Source: Acidimicrobiia bacterium (GTDB lineage Bacteria > Actinomycetota > Acidimicrobiia > Spongiisociales > ZC4RG35). Taken from it: 58,412 nt of DNA. This document shows positions 53,698 through 58,412 of the stretch, one piece after another (the first letter of the stretch is position 1; every line of letters starts with the position of its first letter). The DNA is taken from the NCBI GenBank assembly GCA_025922945.1, contig JAICGW010000002.1:1-58412 (forward strand). The letters are read 5' to 3'. A model generated the notes under the pieces. That model did no database searches and was not told where the DNA came from. It was given only the letters and a program-made list of their open reading frames with translations. Made by a program: the position numbers and the translations under genes.

Positions 53698-54786
53698 GGC
53701 CCCCAGTTCCAGACCGATGTCTCCGATTCCGCCTTCAGCGCGGATCTTGGCAAATGCATCGAGCGCCCAGGCATGCGGCGTCAAATGAGCTATCCGCTGC
53801 AGCGTTGGGGAGAAAAGTTGGATCGGAAGCATCGCCCCTCCCAGGGCCGCCATGCCAAGGCCGACTATCACGCCGACTCCGCCGGCCTGTTCGGCGTTGC
53901 GGAAAAGCGTCCCCAGCAGCATCGCCGCCCCGGCTCCGACTGCAGAGAAGACGACGACGATCGCCAGGGCAGAGAGAGGGTCGCCCCAGTCGACCCCGAA
54001 GATCAGAAGTGCTCCGGCCATGATGTAGAGGCCCTGTACGGCCACCACCAGGAATCGACCACCGGCCTCACCAGTGATGATCGTTCGCACCGACGTGGGC
54101 GTGGCCAGCATTCGTCGCGACAGCCCGAGCTCGCGGGTCTGAATCAAGACTGCGGCTCCCGAGAGCGCGGTGATGAACATGAACAGGACCAGCTGACTGG
54201 AGGCGCCGATGTCGAAGCGTCCCAGGCTGGCGGGAAACAAGGCTTCACCAACGGTGGTTACCTGCACCTCCGATGCCGGCAGTTGCGATTCGATGGTCCG
54301 CGCCGTGACCAGCGCCTCCTCGAACGTCGCCAGGTCCTGAGCGGCTACGAAACTGGCCGCGTTGGCGGCCAGCACGCTCCGCTGGACCACCTCGGCGACC
54401 ACCGGTTGCAGGGCTGCCCCCACCCCTCCGGGTCGAGCGATGAAGCCCACCTCGCTCACCTCACCAGCCGCCACCCTTTCGTCGAAGTCCGCTGGCAGCG
54501 AGAGGGCGGCACTGAGCGAACCGCGCTCGACCCCTTCCTTCAATCCCGTCTCGTCACTCAACGCCACCACCTCGACCCCATCAGCCGATTCGAGGTTCTC
54601 GATGATCTCAGCGCCGACTGTGCCGGGAGAGGGCGCCAGGACGCCCAGGCGAGGGGCGAAGGTTCCTCCGAATTGGAGCCCGATCAGGAGAATCAGCGCC
54701 AGGGGAAAAATGAACACGAAAAAAATGGCCGATCGATCCCGAAAGAGGCGAACGAGGTTGTTCCGCGCAATTGCGAGCACCTTCAT
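53626..54786 (-). CDS. ABC-2 type exporter permease
   Basis: 'MKVLAIARNNLVRLFRDRSAIFF', a large extracytoplasmic loop, then 5 C-terminal TM helices. ATG 54786 overlaps the upstream stop (ATGA). Confidence 0.82.
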   Translation of the reverse strand: MKVLAIARNNLVRLFRDRSAIFFVFIFPLALILLIGLQFGGTFAPRLGVLAPSPGTVGAEIIENLESADGVEVVALSDETGLKEGVERGSLSAALSLPADFDERVAAGEVSEVGFIARPGGVGAALQPVVAEVVQRSVLAANAASFVAAQDLATFEEALVTARTIESQLPASEVQVTTVGEALFPASLGRFDIGASSQLVLFMFITALSGAAVLIQTRELGLSRRMLATPTSVRTIITGEAGGRFLVVAVQGLYIMAGALLIFGVDWGDPLSALAIVVVFSAVGAGAAMLLGTLFRNAEQAGGVGVIVGLGMAALGGAMLPIQLFSPTLQRIAHLTPHAWALDAFAKIRAEGGIGDIGLELGALAAYALVLLLAASWRLRRAITRP

Positions 54787-55946
54787 GGCGCGACCTGCTT
54801 TCTGGTGAGAACGGCTGCGATTACAGAAGTCACGCTCGCGATCACGAGCAGCCAGCCCACGGCTCCGAACGCAGCCGAAGCCGGCTGCCCGCCGGCCAGG
54901 TCGGCCAGGCCCCGGCTGAACCAATAATGCGGAGTCAGGGCGGTGACCTGGGCCAGGATCCCTCCGTCCTGACCTATCGGGAAGAAGGCTCCTCCGAGCA
55001 GACCGAGGACGGTGGCGACGATGCCCTGAATATTTCCCGCTTGCTCGGGCGTCTTGGCCATCCCGGTCGTCACCGCCGAGATGCCAACGGCGGCCAGCAC
55101 GCCGCCGACAACGAGCAGAGCGACTCCCAGCGGATTGCCCCAATTGGCATCCATGAGCACGATCCCGGCCAGGATCAAAACCACCAACGAGAACACGCCC
55201 AGGACGATCGAAACGATCGATTTGGCGGCCAGTACCGACGCCGGACGGGTGGGAGTGGAGAGGATCCGCTGCAGGGTTCCGTCCCGTCGTTCCTCGAGCA
55301 GGCTGAGGAGCCCGGTCTGAGCGGTGAACAAGAGGAAGAACATCGCCATCCCGGCAACAGTCGACGTATTGGTATCCAGCTGGCGAACGTCGGCCTTGAC
55401 CTCGCCGAGGGAGATCAGTGACCGATCAGTGGCATCGATCGCAGCCGGAATGATGTCGGCGGGATCACCGCCGGCGCTGATAGCCGAGGCGATCGCCACC
55501 TGCGTGGTCTGAAGCGAGTTGGTGTAGCTACGAGCGATTCCGGCGGCGATCTGCGTCGACGTGACGGCATCGATCGCTCCCAGTACCTCGATTTTGCCGA
55601 TCTGACCCCCGGCGAGCTCGTCGTCGAAGGTGTCCGGAACGACGAACACCGCCCCGACATCGCCTTCATCGAGGGCGATGCGGGCAGCAGATGGGTCGGC
55701 GAAGGATTGCCACGTTCCGCCGAGCTGTGAGGAGATCTCTTCGAGGGTCGACTTCGTCTGGTCAGCGTCGGTCTCGACGATTCCGAGATCGGGAGCAAAA
55801 GACCCGTCGTCGCCAAAGGCGCCGCCGAACACGGTGTTGAAAATGAAGGCCAACGCCAGAGGGGCGATCAACCCGATGATGAATACTGACTTGTCGCGAA
55901 TCCTCAGCCTCAGGTCTTTGGCGGCGATGTGGATGATGTTTCTCAT
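54783..55946 (-). CDS. ABC-2 type exporter permease (paralog)
   Basis: 387 aa. 'MRNIIHIAAKDLRLRIRDKSVFI' and the same architecture as the downstream permease. Confidence 0.82.
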   Translation of the reverse strand: MRNIIHIAAKDLRLRIRDKSVFIIGLIAPLALAFIFNTVFGGAFGDDGSFAPDLGIVETDADQTKSTLEEISSQLGGTWQSFADPSAARIALDEGDVGAVFVVPDTFDDELAGGQIGKIEVLGAIDAVTSTQIAAGIARSYTNSLQTTQVAIASAISAGGDPADIIPAAIDATDRSLISLGEVKADVRQLDTNTSTVAGMAMFFLLFTAQTGLLSLLEERRDGTLQRILSTPTRPASVLAAKSIVSIVLGVFSLVVLILAGIVLMDANWGNPLGVALLVVGGVLAAVGISAVTTGMAKTPEQAGNIQGIVATVLGLLGGAFFPIGQDGGILAQVTALTPHYWFSRGLADLAGGQPASAAFGAVGWLLVIASVTSVIAAVLTRKQVAP

Positions 55947-56884
55947 ACGTCTCGCAAGGCCTTGCCCGTGAGGTGGAGGAATACGGCTTCGAGATCGGGT
56001 TGTTCGATCTCGACGGCAGAGACAGCCATGCCCGCCTGGGCCGCGGTGGACAGGATGGCGGCCAGATGGGAGCTCGAGTCCTCGACGAGGAGGGTCACAC
56101 CCGATTCGCTCTCGCCCGCTTCCGCGACCCCCACCGTTGATGAAAGCTGTCGCACCACTTCGGCCAGTGGACCGGTGCCGCTGATGGAGACTCGATCCTT
56201 CTCCCCCACCATCTCCACCAACTCCCGGCGGGTGCCTTCGGCGATGATCTTTCCCTGATCGATGATTCCGACCCGATCACACAGGCGCTCGGCCTCTTCC
56301 ATGTAATGGGTGGTGTAGAGGACCGCGATACCGGCGCGGGAAAGCTCTTCTACAGCTTCGAGTATGGCGTTGCGGGATTGGGGGTCGACTCCCACAGTCG
56401 GTTCGTCGAGGATGAGCAATTCAGGATTGTGGAGCAGGCCGATGCCGATGTTGAGCCGACGCTTCATCCCCCCGGAAAACTCTTTGGTCAGGTCCTTCTG
56501 TCGCTCGTGTAGACCGACTACGTCGAGAACTCGATCGGCCCGGTCGGCGAGCTCGCTTCCGCCCATTCCGTACAGTCGCCCAAAGAACTCGAGGTTCTCG
56601 CGAGCCGTGAGATCGGGGTAGATGGCCAATTCCTGAGGCACGAGACCCATGCGGCGCTTGGGCGTCACGGCTCGCGGGTTGATCAGATCCCCACCCACTC
56701 GTACCTCGCCCTCGTCGGCCTCGAGCAGCCCGGCGATCATCGAGATGGTGGTGGTCTTACCAGCCCCATTTGGGCCTAGTAGCCCGTAGGTCTCGCCCTG
56801 GTTGATGCTGAAGCCGACGCCGTCGACCGCCACCAGGTCACCGAAACTCTTGGCCAGGCCCTTTGCCACCATGACAGCGGTCAT
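55943..56884 (-). CDS. ABC transporter ATP-binding protein (DrrA-like)
   Basis: 313 aa. 'GPNGAGKTT', 'FSGGMKRRLNIGIGL' and 'LLILDEPTVGVD'. Confidence 0.9.
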   Translation of the reverse strand: MTAVMVAKGLAKSFGDLVAVDGVGFSINQGETYGLLGPNGAGKTTTISMIAGLLEADEGEVRVGGDLINPRAVTPKRRMGLVPQELAIYPDLTARENLEFFGRLYGMGGSELADRADRVLDVVGLHERQKDLTKEFSGGMKRRLNIGIGLLHNPELLILDEPTVGVDPQSRNAILEAVEELSRAGIAVLYTTHYMEEAERLCDRVGIIDQGKIIAEGTRRELVEMVGEKDRVSISGTGPLAEVVRQLSSTVGVAEAGESESGVTLLVEDSSSHLAAILSTAAQAGMAVSAVEIEQPDLEAVFLHLTGKALRDV

Positions 56885-57198
56885 TGCGATCTCTCCTTCT
56901 GTCCGACTCGATCGATCAGTTGTTGCATTGCTCGCAGGTGTTCTCCCAGTGCCTTGCGGCCGCGGCGGGTGGCCTTGACCACGGTTCTGGTTTTCCGTCC
57001 CTCGAAGCCTTTTTGGATGGAAACCAATCCCGACTCCTCGAGCACCTGAAGATGACGGCTGAGGTTGCCGTCGGTGAGCTCCAGCACTTCTTTCAAGTAG
57101 TTGAAGTCGGCGAAGTCCGCCTCCGCCAGGACCGCCAGTATCCCCAACCGATTTTTCTGGTGGATGACTTCATCGAGAGCCCGGGCCGGGTGGCTCAA
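56881..57198 (-). CDS. winged-helix transcriptional regulator
   Basis: 'IHQKNRLGILAVLAEADFADFNYLKEVLELTDGNLSRHLQVLEESGLVSIQKGFEGRKTRT' is a wHTH pattern. TTG 57198 overlaps the upstream TGA (TTGA). The longer track ORF overlaps the membrane gene out of frame. Confidence 0.7.
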   Translation of the reverse strand: MSHPARALDEVIHQKNRLGILAVLAEADFADFNYLKEVLELTDGNLSRHLQVLEESGLVSIQKGFEGRKTRTVVKATRRGRKALGEHLRAMQQLIDRVGQKERSQ

Positions 57199-57755
57199 AG
57201 CCGCCGTGCCCAGAGCCAGAGTCCCACTGCCGCGCCGGCGCTGGCGAACGTGAAAGTCAACGCCAATACCGGGTAGAGCTCGAATGTGTCCTCGGAAGTG
57301 ATCCCGAGAACGAGGGCCAGAGCGGAAAGGGCGGCGAACAAGGAAGCTGCCAGAGGCTGGCGATCGATCCAAGACAGCACCGCGAAGCCGGCGCCCATGA
57401 CCACCCACACCACCACCACGATCGCTTCCTCGGACAACACGAAGGAGGCGATCCCGTTGACAACGCCGATCCCTACTCCCGTCACTGCGTACGGCCAGGA
57501 CTTGGCGCGAACCCCGGTTTCCTTCACATTGCGATAGGCGAGGAACATCCCCAAATAGCCCAGCGGGACACCCACGATCCAGTACCACCCGGCCACTCTC
57601 GAGTTGAAGCTGGAGATAAAGGCTCCGAGAAACACACCGGCCCACACCGCCAGATAGCGCCAGGACTCGCTGCGAACCTCGAGGCGGGTCTGGCGCCGCA
57701 GGCGCCGCAGCTCCTCGAGCATTTCTTGCGTGGGAGTGTGAGTATCGGGTTCCAT
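57195..57755 (-). CDS. hypothetical 5-TM membrane protein, first gene of the exporter operon
   Basis: 'MEPDTHTPTQEMLEELRRLRR' cytoplasmic head followed by hydrophobic helices. ATG 57755 preferred over TTG 57761. Confidence 0.6.
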   Translation of the reverse strand: MEPDTHTPTQEMLEELRRLRRQTRLEVRSESWRYLAVWAGVFLGAFISSFNSRVAGWYWIVGVPLGYLGMFLAYRNVKETGVRAKSWPYAVTGVGIGVVNGIASFVLSEEAIVVVVWVVMGAGFAVLSWIDRQPLAASLFAALSALALVLGITSEDTFELYPVLALTFTFASAGAAVGLWLWARRL

Positions 57756-57757
57756 TG

Positions 57758-57788
57758 GCAAAGCACTTTATAATACAAAGTGCTTTGC
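57758..57788. promoter_or_regulatory. perfect 12-7-12 inverted repeat (operator and/or terminator hairpin)
   Basis: GCAAAGCACTTT (57758-57769), ATAATAC, AAAGTGCTTTGC (57777-57788). AT-rich centre in a GC-rich genome. Lies 2 nt upstream of ATG 57755 and 2 nt downstream of the radical SAM stop. Confidence 0.6.
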
Positions 57789-57790
57789 GG

Positions 57791-58412
57791 TCAAGCGAAC
57801 GATCCGCTGATAGTCAGCAGCTGAGACCTCGTCGGCTCAGCACAACAAAACCATGACTCGGTGAGGTGGGGCCGACCTCGATCAATAACGGCGGGCATGG
57901 GCTCGGAGAACACAAATTCCCACATGCGGGCAAGGGTCTCGAGAGGTGGCCGGCCTGCTCCCGACTCCGCAATCGCGGCCAGGCCCTGCTGCTGGGCTTC
58001 GACGACTTCCGAAGCTGACCAGACATGAGTCAAGGAAGCGCCGTCGTACTCCCCCATTTCGGGACGGTCGGCCAGAAGGCTTCCCCGCGGAACCAACAGA
58101 CGAATGGAAAGCTGTACCGGATCGACGGTGTCCACCAAATTGTGACGGTGAAGGAACCCGAGAATCGAACCAACATCGGAGACCTCGGTCCAGGGTGTGA
58201 ATGGCAACCACGAAGGGCGAATATCGATGCCGGCCTTCCTCATGATTAACACCGCCTCGTCCATGTCACGAGCGGTATGACCCTTGTCGAGGGTCTGGAG
58301 AACCCGCTCGTTGGTTGTCTCGAATGCCGAAACCACGAACACCACGCCCCGCTCTGCGACCTCCGGCCATACCTTCTCGTGTTGGAGAATGTGTGAAACC
58401 TTGACCGTCAGA
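57791..58412 (-). CDS. CUAEP/CCAEP-tail radical SAM protein, C-terminal part (5' end outside window)
   Basis: The frame is open to the window edge ('LTVKVSHILQHEKVWPEVAERGVVFVVSAFETTNERVLQTLDKGHT...'). C-terminal tail 'ESWFCCAEPTRSQLL'. Confidence 0.7.
   Translation of the reverse strand, partial: LTVKVSHILQHEKVWPEVAERGVVFVVSAFETTNERVLQTLDKGHTARDMDEAVLIMRKAGIDIRPSWLPFTPWTEVSDVGSILGFLHRHNLVDTVDPVQLSIRLLVPRGSLLADRPEMGEYDGASLTHVWSASEVVEAQQQGLAAIAESGAGRPPLETLARMWEFVFSEPMPAVIDRGRPHLTESWFCCAEPTRSQLLTISGSFA

Noticed and set aside
53773-54927. 384-aa + strand ORF (similar cases: 51226-52293, 45526-46593, 47718-48824, 6175-7233, 1016-2017, 37253-38002, 38453-39226)
   Set aside because: All are antisense to genes with clear family motifs (ABC-2 permease, plsB, adnA, adnB, NPP, deoB, histidine kinase). 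All show the Arg/Gly/Asp-rich composition expected of the complementary frame in GC-rich DNA.
54787-55143. N-terminal extension of the ABC-2 permease (track ORF 53626-55143). The same issue applies to etfB 4539-4712, dtd 51399-51455, the wHTH regulator 57199-57645 and the SepIVA-like gene 21523-21627
   Set aside because: The extensions overlap the upstream gene in another frame and are Arg-rich junk. Internal starts coincide with stop codons of the upstream genes and with family-typical N-termini.

Overview
GC-rich, densely packed chromosomal segment of actinobacterial type. Gene order matches the Mycobacterium Rv2921c-Rv2927c block (ftsY-smc-acyP-fpg ... rnc ... DUF177-sepIVA), and an AdnAB helicase-nuclease pair is present. 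I support about 58 protein genes. Many adjacent genes have start/stop overlaps of 1, 4 or 8 nt. I found no rRNA, tRNA, CRISPR array, transposase or integrase.

Content from left to right:
- HNH endonuclease fragment at the window edge.
- Pyrimidine-nucleoside salvage genes (upp, an ATL-like protein, deoB, pdp, cdd) interleaved with an EamA transporter, etfBA and an NPP-family phosphodiesterase.
- ftsY, smc, acyP and mutM.
- Fe(III)-type ABC importer with a divergent DtxR/IdeR repressor and an iron box.
- rnc, plsX, rpmF (missed by the ORF track), yceD, a SepIVA-like gene, coaD, rsmD and recG.
- rpmB, a CSD-like gene and a stand-alone RAM-domain gene.
- A membrane protein plus a 964-aa transporter-HEAT-cNMP fusion, then dinB.
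- MoxR-DUF58-VWA triad.
- ddl with a membrane-anchored MurF-like ligase and an alpha/beta hydrolase.
- Orphan GAF histidine kinase, inhA-type fabI, fadD and a PH-SHOCT protein.
- A 613-bp non-coding gap.
- RecB-like nuclease, CAP-domain protein and adnAB.
- dtd and plsB.
- An ABC-2 exporter operon with a wHTH regulator.
- The 3' part of a CCAEP-tail radical SAM gene at the right edge.

Most unusual observations:
1. The 42513-43125 gap holds two tandem paralogous modules. Each has paired CGCGAAAA boxes, a -35/-10 promoter, structured RNA and a terminator.
2. A MurF-like ligase whose N-terminal domain appears replaced by a roughly 4-TM anchor, co-transcribed with ddl.
3. The transporter-HEAT-cNMP fusion, followed by a sensor-like membrane protein with no transmitter domain.
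4. The CCAEP-tail radical SAM gene next to a perfect 12-7-12 palindrome and an exporter operon.

All family calls come from reading motifs by eye. No searches were run.
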